Origin: Eledone cirrhosa
Taxonomy: Eukaryota
DNA length: 64,000 nt
Assembly (NCBI GenBank): GCA_964016885.1
Contig: OZ024741.1
Coordinates: 135,842,001 to 135,906,000 of the forward strand
Direction: 5' to 3'
The notes beneath the pieces were generated by a model that made no database searches, was not told the origin of the DNA, and was given only the letters and a program-made list of their open reading frames with translations. Shown here piece after piece: positions 29,616-42,000 of the stretch. The position numbers and the translations under genes are program-made. Within the stretch, counting starts at the first letter, position 1; every line of letters starts with the position of its first letter.

Positions 29616-30113
29616 TAATATTAATATTCTGTTTGTTTGCAAGTAAACAGCCTCATTAACACCAGGTGCATTTTCTAGATGACTATGTCATCGTTTTGTT
29701 CCAGAGGTGGCTGAGAAGAAACAGTCGCCAATTATCTCGGAAATGTTGAGACTGTGCATCCTCATCGCAGCTACGCCCTGCAACTGCTGAGATTACATAG
29801 TGTTTTCAAATGTATACATGGGCTGATTAGCCTAATTTGCATACCGAGCCAATTTACAGCCGACTTTGCCGTAAATTAAAAATACAATTTGTTTTCGCTC
29901 TAATATGCTAGATGACTAAATATATTCGTGAGTGAATAATTATAATATTATTAATATTCAGTTTATTTTGAAGCAAACAGCCTCATTAACACCATGTGTG
30001 TTTTCTAGATGACCATGTCATCCTTTTGTTCCAGTGGTAGTTGAGAGATAACAGTCGACAATTGTTTCGGAGTTGTTCCTCTCTATCAAGACTGTTTATC
30101 CTCGTCGCTGCTA
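29616..30113 (-). mobile_element. Decayed retrozyme-like partial dimer with a ~330-bp period
   Basis: cagcctcattaacacc recurs at 29648 and 29978. The minus strand has ATGCAAATTAGGC, TGTTTAC and the HHR remnant (c)GACGA GGA..UCC GAAA CAAUUG UC^gacug (about 30050-30108). Confidence 0.6.
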
Positions 30114-30514
30114 TTTTAATATTATTGATGATTTACAAGAAAGATGGATTGAAAAGTGATCCTCTTAACCACTCAGCCACTCTCTTCACATCTATCATTG
30201 AAAAGTTTCATAGAAACAGCCATTTTGTTTCATGTAGAAGGAGGAGATATCTACGTTTACATGTTGAGAGTGAATGTCAAAGGTTGTTAGAAAGTCAAAC
30301 AGAAACAAATATACAAATATATCAAACTTGTGGGTTATCCTCCAGACAACCAATTGTAAACAAAGTAACATAATATTGGTAAATATGTGTAATGACGCAG
30401 CCCGTACATTGGTTGTTCAAACATAGCGCATATATATATATATATATATAATATATATCTGTGTGTGTGTGTGTGTGTGTGTGTGTGGTGTGTATGTGTA
30501 TATGTGTATGTATG

Positions 30515-30555
<41 letters not shown>

Positions 30556-30605
30556 GTATATGTACATGTGTATATGAATATATATGTGTTTATGAATATA
30601 TATAC

Positions 30606-30644
<39 letters not shown>

Positions 30645-30781
30645 CATATAGATACATATATATATACATATGTACACACATATATATATATAATTATATA
30701 TATACGTGTATATATACATATATATAAATATACATGTATATAAATATACATATATATACGAATATATATATATATATATAC

Positions 30782-30855
<74 letters not shown>

Positions 30856-31237
30856 GTACATACACAAACAAATATATCTATATGTTCCTTGTTCATAATA
30901 AAGATAAAGAGAATATGTCAAGGGATATCAGGATATCAGATAAGATAATAACAGATCGATAAGTAGATATTTTCCATGGTTTCGTCAATATTGGCCATTT
31001 TGACCATGCTGGCTATACTGTACAAGCCGAAGCCATGTTTACTAGCGCGGCCATGTTGGCGATTTTGTCTATACTTCGGCCATGCTTACGATATAAGAAA
31101 CCAATGTTTATGATGGTTGTAATCCGTATTGAATTAAACGTCCCAGTGGAAAACTATTAAAGATTGTAGGGATAGGCCATAAACATACACACACATTATA
31201 CATATATATATATATATATATATGTGTGTATAGATGA

Positions 31238-31280
<43 letters not shown>

Positions 31281-31337
31281 TGTGTGCGTGTGTGTGTGTA
31301 TATATATGTAAGTACATATATATATATAGATAGATAC

Positions 31338-31401
<64 letters not shown>

Positions 31402-31475
31402 GTATGTATATATACATACATACATATATATATATATATACATATATGTATGTGTATGTATATATACATACATGC

Positions 31476-31557
<82 letters not shown>

Positions 31558-32129
31558 GTTTCTACTTTTGGCACAAGGCCACCATTTATCTCACTGTATT
31601 ACTGGTACTTTATTTTATCGACCCCGTAGGGATGAAAGGCAAAGTTAACCTCGGCGGGATTTGAACTCAGACCATAAAGGGCCGTAACTCTTTGCTGCAA
31701 AGCGTGGCGTCTGACCCTATGTGTGCTTGTGCTTGTGTATGTTTGTGTGTCAGTATTAAAGTAGTATTAAACTAGTTAGATTGTTATTCAACAGAGTTCA
31801 CTATTCTTGGTATAGTAGAGTGTGACTATATTAGAAAGACGGCCTAGTTCTTGACGCTCAAACAGCTAGTTTCAGGCTGGAAATAGCTGTTGAAATGGCA
31901 CGAGCTCACCCGTCGGGTGTCGACTCTTTCTAATATATATAACAGTTATAAATTGTGAATAGTGAAGGGCAAATAGACAAAATATACCTAATACACACAT
32001 AAACACATACACACACACACGTACACATACACACACACATATACACATACACACATATATACACACACTCACACACATACAGACACACACATATATATAC
32101 ACACACACACATATACACATACACACACA

Positions 32130-32837
32130 CACGGTTGAATCGGAGGTAACCACATAAGTAAGGTACTCGATACATAGCAGAGTATAAAAGTTTTAATATA
32201 GAAGATCTTCTACAGGATTAGAACTGTTTCATTCGTGAGAAATCATCAGGAAGCTGGCTGTCCAAGTAAATGGTAATATTTATTTATTTCCTTATCTGGT
32301 GGTAGGAGAAGGTGGGGATTGGGATGGGTGTAGGTCATTGGTTGAAGGATTGATTGAAATCTAATTCTTTAAGGCTAAAATGAAGGTGACAAAGGCAGAA
32401 AAGGTTCCATCAACAGATTGATTCACCCCAACACTTGATCTGTTGATGGAACCTTTTCTGCCTTTGTCACCCACATTTTAGCCTTAAAGAATTAGCTTCT
32501 AAAGAATTTCACTTTTCTTTAAACCATTGAACCCCACCCATCCTGTAGACACCTGTCTTACAGGCATTGTTACTTTAAGTGATAAACAAGGATTGGTATT
32601 CCAATTTTGAACTTGTTTACAGTATTCTTTCTGCCTTTGTTAATATTATAGCTTTAAACAATTAGATTTTAATGAATCCCCTTTCTTTAAATCCTTCAAC
32701 CAATGACCTACACCCATCCCAATCCCCACCCTCTCCTACCACCAGATAAGGAAACACATAAATACTACCATTTACTTGGACAGCCAGCTTCCTGATGATT
32801 TCTCACGAATGTAACAACTCCAGTCCTGTAGAAGGTC

Positions 32838-32842
<5 letters not shown>
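32130..32842. mobile_element. Penelope-LTR-like element with inverted arms, a tail and a hammerhead in each arm
   Basis: Arms at about 32198-32360 and 32690-32842, with an inner palindrome at 32371-32495. Confidence 0.75.
32207..32253 (-). ncRNA. Type I hammerhead ribozyme with intact core (the mirror copy 32788-32834 + has GAAA changed to GUAA)
   Basis: cuuc CUGAUGA u-UUC-ucac-GAA-u GAAA CAG-uucuaauc-CUG UA^gaag. Confidence 0.75.
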
Positions 32843-32896
<54 letters not shown>

Positions 32897-32995
32897 CACA
32901 CATACACACAGAACACACACACGCACACACACATATATATATATGCCCCAGCATGGCCTCAGCCGGATGGCTGGAACAGGTAAAAGAGTAAAAGA

Positions 32996-33045
<50 letters not shown>

Positions 33046-33450
33046 GAATATGTATGCATATGTTTGCATATAGGAGTATATGTATATGTGTATGTCCATA
33101 TATGATTGTGTTTAACAAATCAGCAACATTTGGAAAAATGCAAGCTTTGCTTTTTCTCAGTAAGAAAGATTGATCGAATTAAATGAAAATAATTTATAAA
33201 AATTCAAGCTGCAGTTTTTCCTAGTTAAGAGACCTGTGCCTTAAGACATCAATTAATCAAAGAAAGTAGAGGAAAAAATAGAAACATCTGAAACTTTCGT
33301 ATTTTGATATGTTGCGTGTTGGACATGATGCTATGAGTAATACATAATAGAGGCAAGCATCGACCACACATATTAAATAGATCATCTTTTAAATGATTAG
33401 CCTCGTTAATCGCAAAAATTACCGTTTGGAATGTAGGTTACAGATACTAT

Positions 33451-33484
<34 letters not shown>

Positions 33485-33590
33485 GCGCATGGGTCAAAAG
33501 CATAGCACACGCTTTTTCCTCTTTGCTTTTCTTTGCTTGTTTCCTTAAAGCTTACCATCATTCCATTGGTATACATCTATTACACAATTT

Positions 33591-33648
33591 ACACTTGATG
33601 AGGTCACCGGGTTCTTTCGCAACCTGGCCACTGAAATGTGCATAGTGT
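33591..33648 (+). ncRNA. Hammerhead motif (C3 changed to U)
   Basis: acac UUGAUGA ggucaccggguu-cuuucgc-aaccuggccacu GAAA UGUGCA UA^gugu, followed by AATAAA. Confidence 0.6.
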
Positions 33649-33786
33649 TTGCAGCAATAAAACATTGAGGAAATTCAATATATTTGGCTTCCTGTCATTT
33701 CACTTTATAATATATATACATACACACACACACATATATATATATAAATGACAGGAAGCCAAATATATTGAATTTCCTCAATGTTT

Positions 33787-33823
<37 letters not shown>

Positions 33824-33884
33824 TGAGAGAGAGATATTGTAAATAAAAATACACGGGTGTGTATGATTGTGTATAGGAGATTAT

Positions 33885-34094
33885 ATTAATAAAAGGAATT
33901 CCAACTTTGTCTGATTAACTCGTTTTATTTACAATCCTTTAAAATGATAATGATATTATAATGAAATAGTATGGTAGAATGTTAAATGTTCATTTAATAT
34001 TCTACCATTCTATTTCTTTATAATATCATTATCATTTTAAAGGATTGTAAATAAAACGAGTTAATCAGACAAAGTTGGAATTCCTTTTATTAAT
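33885..34094. repeat. Near-perfect palindrome with ~100-bp arms
   Basis: attaataaaaggaattccaactttgtctgattaactcg... and its reverse complement, centred near 33989. Confidence 0.9.
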
Positions 34095-34412
34095 ATATAT
34101 TTATATGTATGTATGTAAAAGGTAAACAGAAATAACAACACAATCGGTACAGTATATGCAAGGTATATATTAGGTTAACGCTTGATATAGCAGGAAGAGA
34201 CTCTTCACGTTTCGGACGCTTCTCCTTCATCTGAAGAAAGAATGAGAAATAAAATAGATTGAAGGGACGGGCGGGATGGAATTGGAAAAAAATGTCTTTA
34301 GATGAAAATAACAGGTTCATTCATATTGACATCTCTTGCAAATATATATATATTTATATATATATATATTTATATATATATATATGATATATGTAGATAT
34401 ATATATATATAC

Positions 34413-34486
<74 letters not shown>

Positions 34487-34715
34487 ATGTATATAATATA
34501 TAATAGCTGATTCGATTCACGTGGTTTTCCGTCCTTCCCTTTTCTCAATCTCTATCTTTCTATTTCCTGTTTTATTTCTCATCCTATCTTCAGAAGAATT
34601 AAATATGTAACACACTGTTCCTACTTTATCAAGCTTGAAAACAATATAGTTCTTCATTGTATTGCGTTGTTTGTATTGTTATTTCTACTTACGACGTGTA
34701 TATGTATATATAGAT

Positions 34716-34993
34716 ATATGAATTTGATTTGCGAGGTTTTTGATATGAAATCGTGCGTCGAAACAAATATTGTTATATTTGGGGAGGGTCATATTGTTGT
34801 AATATTGCCAGAATTAATAACAGAACACACTCACTGTTTGGTTGGTTTTCTCTTCTGTATCTTTTAACCAACCAAACAGTGAGTGTGTTCTGTTATTATT
34901 TCTGGCAATATCATTACAACAATATGACCCTCCCCAAGTTTAACAATATTTGTTTCGGCACACGATTTCATATAAAAAACCTCGCAAAACAAA

Positions 34994-35000
<7 letters not shown>
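34716..35000. repeat. Palindrome with ~135-bp arms; same family at 46010-46145 and 46363-46445
   Basis: ttgcgaggtttttgatatgaaatcgtg..ttggggagggtcatatt..cactcactgtttggttggtt and its reverse complement. Confidence 0.85.
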
Positions 35001-35034
<34 letters not shown>

Positions 35035-35051
35035 ATGCTTTGGGAGGGTCG

Positions 35052-36050
35052 TGTTAGCAATAAGAAACACACGCACCAGCTGCTTCACTCCAATTTATTA
35101 TAAACTAAATTTATAAATTTAAGAATTTATAAATTTCCGATTAGTTGCTTGGTTCCATAAGCGGACGGTTGTTCATATATTGTCAAAGTTCTTTCGTCAC
35201 ACATTCTGTGACCTCTTCAGTGACTGGGGATTCTTTTCTTTGTTTTGTGCCTCTCCTTTGTTCTGTCCTACGCCATCTTGTTTTTATGTGTGTTGTGTGC
35301 TTAGTTTGCGCATGTGTTATATCCGGGTGTCTGTATGTGTTTTTATTTGTTTATTTATTTGTTTATTTACATGTTACTGGTTGGTTGTTTGTTCTATGTC
35401 TGTGTGTGTTTTCATTTTGTCCTTAATTGTAAGTTGTGATGTTGATATTCCATTCATGTTTTCTATTTAATTTTGGTTGGAGTTAATTTATGTTTATTGC
35501 CTCTGTGATTTGTCTAAATATTGCGTCTTTTCTGTGTGTAGATTCTATTTTTATTTCTATGTTCTCTAATTTGCCCTTATGTTCTATTTTAGCATTTTGG
35601 TGGAGTATTGATGATTCTTTTTTATCTTGAAGTTTTCGCCAGTGTTCATTTAACCGTTCTCCTATGCTACGAGCTGTCTCACCTATGTACACTATATTCT
35701 TATCTTTACATTGTCCTTCAGTACATCTTAAGCTATATACTACATTTCTAGTTTTACAGTTAATATGGGGGCTTAGTTTACATTTTTATCTATATGCATT
35801 TCTTATCTATAAAGGGAGGTCTTTGAAAAGTGTATGTATTGCTAATAAGGGTTTTTATGGAGGTACCTGGTCTTTCTACTATCTTAATATTAAGTTTATG
35901 TTTATCTAGGGCCCTTCTAAATGTGTAAGCTAATTCACCTCCAGGGGTTGTATTGATGAAAATTACACTCTGGTATTTATTGCTATCATACCATGAGTTT
36001 ATTCTACTAACCTTATTACTTGTTCTTTTTATTTTATTCCAAAATTTGCT
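35052..36050 (-). mobile_element. Penelope-like element 3' fragment: GIY-YIG endonuclease plus pLTR
   Basis: Frameshifted ORF reading ...IKIVERPGTSIK...CKTRNVVYSLRC...VYIGETARSIGERLNEH...RQITEAININ, with an HHR downstream. Confidence 0.85.
35182..35224 (-). ncRNA. Hammerhead ribozyme of the Penelope pLTR
   Basis: guca CUGAAGA g-GUCACA-gaaug-UGUGAC GAAA GAAC UU^ugac. Confidence 0.8.
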
Positions 36051-39000
36051 CAATTACTAAACCTTATGGACTCTTTTCTAATCGCTCTTTTCAGAGCAAA
36101 CCACCACTTGTTGTTGACAATGGCCCCCGTCAACGCCCGCTTAACTAGTTCGCTAATCCGGTCTCTGTAGGTCTTGCGCGCTGGTAAGGACGCGTTTAGC
36201 TTCCAGTAGCCGGGTCCTCGTCTATGAAGCCTATCTAAGTGAAGCACACAAATCACGAATTTGTGGTCCGTGTAGCTGACTATCTTGAATTGTGGACAGC
36301 CTATGCTAGACCTATCTATTTCCCTACAAAATACTCTATCTAGATATGATCTGGATGACCCTATGCGGTTTGTTCAAGTCCACATTGGCACATTCGGGAA
36401 ATTCAATCGGTACATGTCAGACAGTTCAAAACGCCTGAGCAGGTTGGTGAGGCTCTTGCACCCTACTCCCTATCTGCTAATCCCACACAATCCTAACGTG
36501 CATCTAAGATCCCGTTCCAGTCGCCCACTAACACTAAAGAGCTGGACGTTCCAAGAAAGGTCTCCAGACGCCGGAAGAAATCGGCCGCCCTGCTCCTGTC
36601 AGGGCATAGACGGCCACTAACCTGAAAGCTTGCCCGTCTCCGCTGGTCACGTCCAACACCACCAACTTACCTTCTGGGTCCAGGAAGATGGCCCGTATGG
36701 CGAGATCCAAACCTCTCCGAAAAAGCACAGCAACTCATCCATCCGATCCAGGACGGCTGGGAGATGCGTACACATCGTAGCCGCCGAAGATCGTTGCGAA
36801 GGCCCGTGCTTCGGAGATTCTGGTCTCGCTGATGGCCACAACATCTATGTTTAGTGACCTGAGGTCGTTGAGCAGGTGGCCCTGCTTCCATGACGACCCC
36901 AAGCCACGCGCATTTATGTTGCCTATACTGATGCGGTCATGTTGAAATGGAGTGGAAAAGATGGGAAAGACCATTTACCTTACTTCTCGTAGAGGAAGGA
37001 TGGTTTGTCCATCCTTTTCACTGCTTCTGGCCTCCTCCAGAAGGATGTCCTTATAAATCCTCCTGGAGAGTGCTTGTCGGAAGTCTCCGATGTCTTTGGG
37101 GAATTTTTGTTTTAGTGTCGTGTACATTTCTGTGTGATGCGAGTGATTTGTATGTGTGTAGGCGGTGTGAACTTTTGGGTTGTTGTGTAGTCTTTTTCTG
37201 TGACGCTGGTGTTGTGTTGGATCTAGTGTAATAATTGGTTGTTGTTCCAATTTAATGCTGTGTACTGTGTATCGTTTTGGTTGTTTTGTTTCGTTTGCGT
37301 TTGTTGTGGGTTTGTTTCTATTTCGCTTTTTGGTGACTTTTGTGGTGTTGGGGTTAATGATGGTGATGGTGTTGGTGTTTGTGGTGATGGGGTTGGTGAT
37401 GCTGGTGTGGATGGTGGCATAGCTGTCCTAACCTTTTTTTTTGATAGTTTATTTGTTTCCCTCTGTATTTCGTTTTTGGAGGGGGAAGGAAGAGAATTTT
37501 TTTCTTTTTTGGTTTCCTTTTCTTTTTTTCTTTTTTCCTGATACCGTTTCCCACTCCTCGTCGTCACAATCTGTCTCCAGTTGCGATAGGTCGGGGAGTG
37601 GAAAATCCTTCACAGGCGTTGGTTTTGGTTGTGGCGTGGTGGATGGTGTAGGCGCTGGTGCTAGTTCTGGCGCGTTGGGTGGTGGTGGTGTTGGTCTTGC
37701 TACTGTTGCTGAGGCTGTTGCTGTTACAGTTGCTTCTGTTGTTGCTGCTAGTTTTTGTCATTTCTGCTGCTGGTGGTGTTGATGGTTCAGTCACTGGGGT
37801 GTGTAAGAGAGGTGGCTTCAACCTTTTAGCCTGACGGCAGAAAGCCCTTAGGTGGGTTTCTTCACCACAAACGACACACCTAGGCCTTCTGCCCTCGACG
37901 ATTACGGTGAGGTAGCTGCCGTCAGTGAGGTCTATTACCTCTGGGATCGCCTCAATGCTTTTTTGGTCCGCTTGGATCAGGAGCTCCATCTCAGATCCGG
38001 ACCAGTTCTCTTGCTTTTCTTTCGCTATTTCGATTATCTTGGTGTTGGCCTCGATGCAGGCGAGGACGGCAGCCATTAGCCAGGGAATTTCGATGGCCGG
38101 TGGAACGTGGGTCACCTGATCTTCACGGGTCTCTGGCCACAATAGCTTGGGAGGAGTGTGAAGTCGTCACTTCTTAATGGGACCATGGAGTGTTCTCTGG
38201 CCTGCTGTGGTGTTCCAAAGAACACGTCTACGGTTCCATATTTCTGCCCACGTCTGATGTGGGTTTTTTTTGCCCACACATGTCCCAAAGCTTTTTGGAT
38301 TTGGGACTCGGTTGCCCGTTCCACTCGGCGCGATTTTATGTTAATCGTCCGATAAGACACGGTGCATAGGCGCCGATGCTCCATTTTATTAGGTGGGGAG
38401 TGAGGCTGACCCTGTACTCATCTTTCTTTACCATTCTCTTAGTTTCATCTAATTCCTCCTGAGTTACCTGGATTGCTTCGCACTTTTTTGCTACTCTGGC
38501 AAAAGACAGGGTGGTTTTCTTATTCTCATTGTTGTTGTTGCTGTTGTTGTTATCGTTATTTTTGTTATTGTTATTTGAAGTTTCAGTTGTGGTGGTGTTC
38601 GGTGTGGAAGATTCCATTCTGGGTGAAACCATTTCGATGTCACGAGATAATTTATTTTTTTCTTTTGTTTCTATTGTCGCTGTGGTGGTGGTGGGGGTGG
38701 CGGCTTCAAGACTTGCAGTCATTGGTAATGGTGGGAAATGAATGTCTGCATGAGACAAATTTAAATTATTGCTACTGTTTATATTTTTTTTGTTGGCAAA
38801 CGTAGTAATATTTACAATGGTGGTGTCGGTGTGAGGTGTTAGTTTGTTAGAAAGGTGTGACTGTGAGACGTCCATGATTTTTTCAAAGAAATTTTTGTTT
38901 GATAATTATAAAAGTTTAAATTTGGGGCTCAAGGCCCCAATCTTTTTGAGTGTCCTTTTCAGAAAACAATGTATGTGCACTTATATACAGTTAACAATAA

Positions 39001-39088
39001 AGATTTTCCATAAATGGCAATTTTAAACAACTGAAAACAATAAACCTTTGCGGAGCTCACGATAATACGATTTTCTACGTAGGTCGCC
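36051..39088 (-). mobile_element. Tx1/L1-clade LINE A: 5' end, ORF1 and APE endonuclease; 3'-truncated
   Basis: Frameshifted ORF1 (38875-36975) with the CCHC knuckle CVVCGEETHLRAFC. ORF2 reads ISIGNINARGL..DVVAISETR..VAVYA..DHKFV..GPGYWKLN. Confidence 0.9.
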
Positions 39089-42000
39089 AATAATAATAAT
39101 AATAATGATTTCATTTATTGGCCACAAGGGCCGACATATAGGGGACAATACAAAAGATTGGGACAGTGGGGTTTTACAGAAAAATCGAGTAAACAATATG
39201 AATAACAATAACAAAGTAACAATAACAAAGTAATAATAAAGTAACAATAAAGTTACAACAAGAAAAAATTCCACAATAGGGAGGATGACCACCCAGGGTT
39301 CGTTCAGGTACCCCACCAATCCTGAACGACTCGACGCTTCGAGAGCACTCTGGAAGGGCACCCCCTCTCCTCCTCAAATTTACCTACCTACAGCCGTATG
39401 ACCAGAGTAGGGCCACTCACACGGGCCATTCTCGCCACATTCACCCACCTTTCAGCAAATGTACTGGGGGGCAGCACTTCTCTCTCCACCCTCATATTCC
39501 TTTCCAAGTGAAACTTGAAAAAGTTGATGAGGGATTAGCCGAAGAGAACAGTGTCTGTCTTCAGTCCTTTCAACCTCGTCCACCATACAACCTCTTTCGC
39601 TACTGCCACCAGACAGAGGAAAATTGCCTACCCTTCCTGGCCAAAAGAAGGCGGCGGGTCAATCTTCACTATGGACTCGGCCGATAGCCGGATCCGTTCT
39701 ACACGCGACAACAGCTGTTCAACATAACTCCACAAGTCAGTAATGCACGGACACTGGACAAGTGCGTGCAGAACGGTTTCGTCGCTCTGCGCACATGTCG
39801 GGGAGGTCCGTTTGACAGCACTTCCGTGCCTGTAGAGTTTATCTCGAACCGGCAGTGCCCCTCGGTAGCACTGCCAAGCGAGGGATTTTTGGAAATTATC
39901 CATCGACCCCGGCTCGAAAGTCCTCCGGTACAGACTGGTTAGTTCGACTTCGTTGACTCCCAGAGCCTCTCCGAGTGCGTCGTCGCACTTGCCCACCACT
40001 AATCCTCTATAGAACTCGAGAGTGGAAGTTCCACTGACCGCATTGCCCTTCTGGTAGAGGGCAGTGAGTTCCTGGCAACATTCCAGATGCTAGTCACTCA
40101 GTCTCGATCTCTTCTTGACCAGGACTGCAGCTCAGTCAAAGAAACGAGCTGCAGAAAGGCCCGTTTGACAAACGGCGACCACACTTGTTCACCGTTTAGG
40201 CAGAATATCTGGAGTTGTCGCAGCCTCAGCGCATGCCTGCGCATCATTAGCCACGGCATACCCATCCCTCCACGTAGAAGGAGGTTGCAGCAGATGGACC
40301 GCCTCACCAGCGGAACCTGACCCCTCCACAAGAATTTGAAGGGGAGTCGTTCCAAGATGGCGATGCGCGAACGTGGGCAAGGGACGACGGTCAGACGGTA
40401 GTAGATGACGGACGCGATGTACGCGTTCGCCACCTCCGCCCGACCTTTCAGTGATAGCTTCATCCCAGCCCATTTCTGGGTGAGACTGGCTACCCTGCCC
40501 GTCACCTCGTCCCAATTCTTATCCACCTGGAGGTCTGGCCCGAACCAAACCCTTAGCAACTTTACCGGTCCGTCCGTCCAGCGCCTAACGAGCCTGTTGG
40601 ACGGCATGGACTTGCCTCTCCAGGTGCCGAGTTGCAAGCCCACCGACTTTTCCGGGTTAAGTTTTGCTCCCGTCAACCTTTCATATTCCTCCAATAAGTT
40701 GCCGACCACCTCGATTTCTGAGTTGTCCGACACCATCACGGTGATGTCGTCCGCATAAGCCGACACAGCCTTTCCGCGTCCCGGTTCGAGCGGGATGCCC
40801 TGCAACAGCCCCAGCTTCCGCAGTAAAGGCTCGAGAGTCAATACCTACAAAAGGGAGGAGAGAGGGCACCCTTGACGGACCGATCGGGAGACCTGAAACG
40901 GTTCCGAGAGGTGGCCATTAATTTTGACCATCGAGCAGGTGCCGTTGTGCATTGCAGCGATCCAGCTTCTGAAGACGGGGCCGAAGCCAGCCGCCTTGAG
41001 GACAGCCTCCAGGTATCGAATGCTTTCGATTGATCTAAATTGATTAGAGCCCCACCGAAGCCAGGTTTACACCCTACCCTCTCTATGATGTATCGCATTA
41101 CGTGGAGGTTGTCGTGTGTGGACCTGGTTGGGATTGCGCAAGTTTGCGCCTCTCCAACCAAATCCCCGACGACAAGCGCCAACCTCTTCGCTAACACCCT
41201 GGCCAAAATCTTAAATTCTGTGTTGAGCAGAGTTATGGGCCTGAAATTGTCTCATGTGTCCCTCTTGTTCTCGTCTTTCCTTATAAGCGTCACTACGCCC
41301 CGGCTCACAGAACTGGGAATACTCCCGTTTTGCTGCCACTTGCAGTAGAGGGCTTCGAGGAGATTGGAGAACAAGTCTGGCATATTTACGTAAAACTCGT
41401 AGGGCAGACCATCCAAACCGGGTGACTTGCGCCTCATGCAGCCGACAAGGGCATCCTGAATCTAGGCTGAAGTAATTGGCCTTTCGCAGCGCCCAGCGTC
41501 AGCCGTCGTGAGTTTCGGCAAGCCATCGAGTTAGGGACTGAAGTCCGCCACCATCTCTGACCCGTCACTTCCCCCGGACAACCGAGCACAATGTTGGCGA
41601 AAGGCCTCACACATCCGCTTAGAATCGCTCAGCTCGTGTCCGTCTCGGTCCGTCAAAGACCGAATCGTGGTTTTGTTACCACGCTGCGCCTCTGCCACGC
41701 GGGCCCATCGAACAGCTTTGGCTCCCTCGTTTCTCAGAGCACGCGCTTTAGCTCTGACAATGCAACCTTCGTGTTTCGCATTGAAGAAATGGTCTAATGC
41801 CATTCTCGCCGCTAGCACATCAGTTGCAATGCCACTACCAATAGCCTCGTCTAACTTATCTACCAACTCCTCCTCCTTTCTATTTTTCTCTAACGCTACT
41901 TCTTTGCTAAACTCTATCGACATTACTCTAGTCTCTCTTTTGAGAGCCCCCCACCATCTATTGTTGACGACTCCCCCTGTCAACTTTTTCTTAACTAAAT

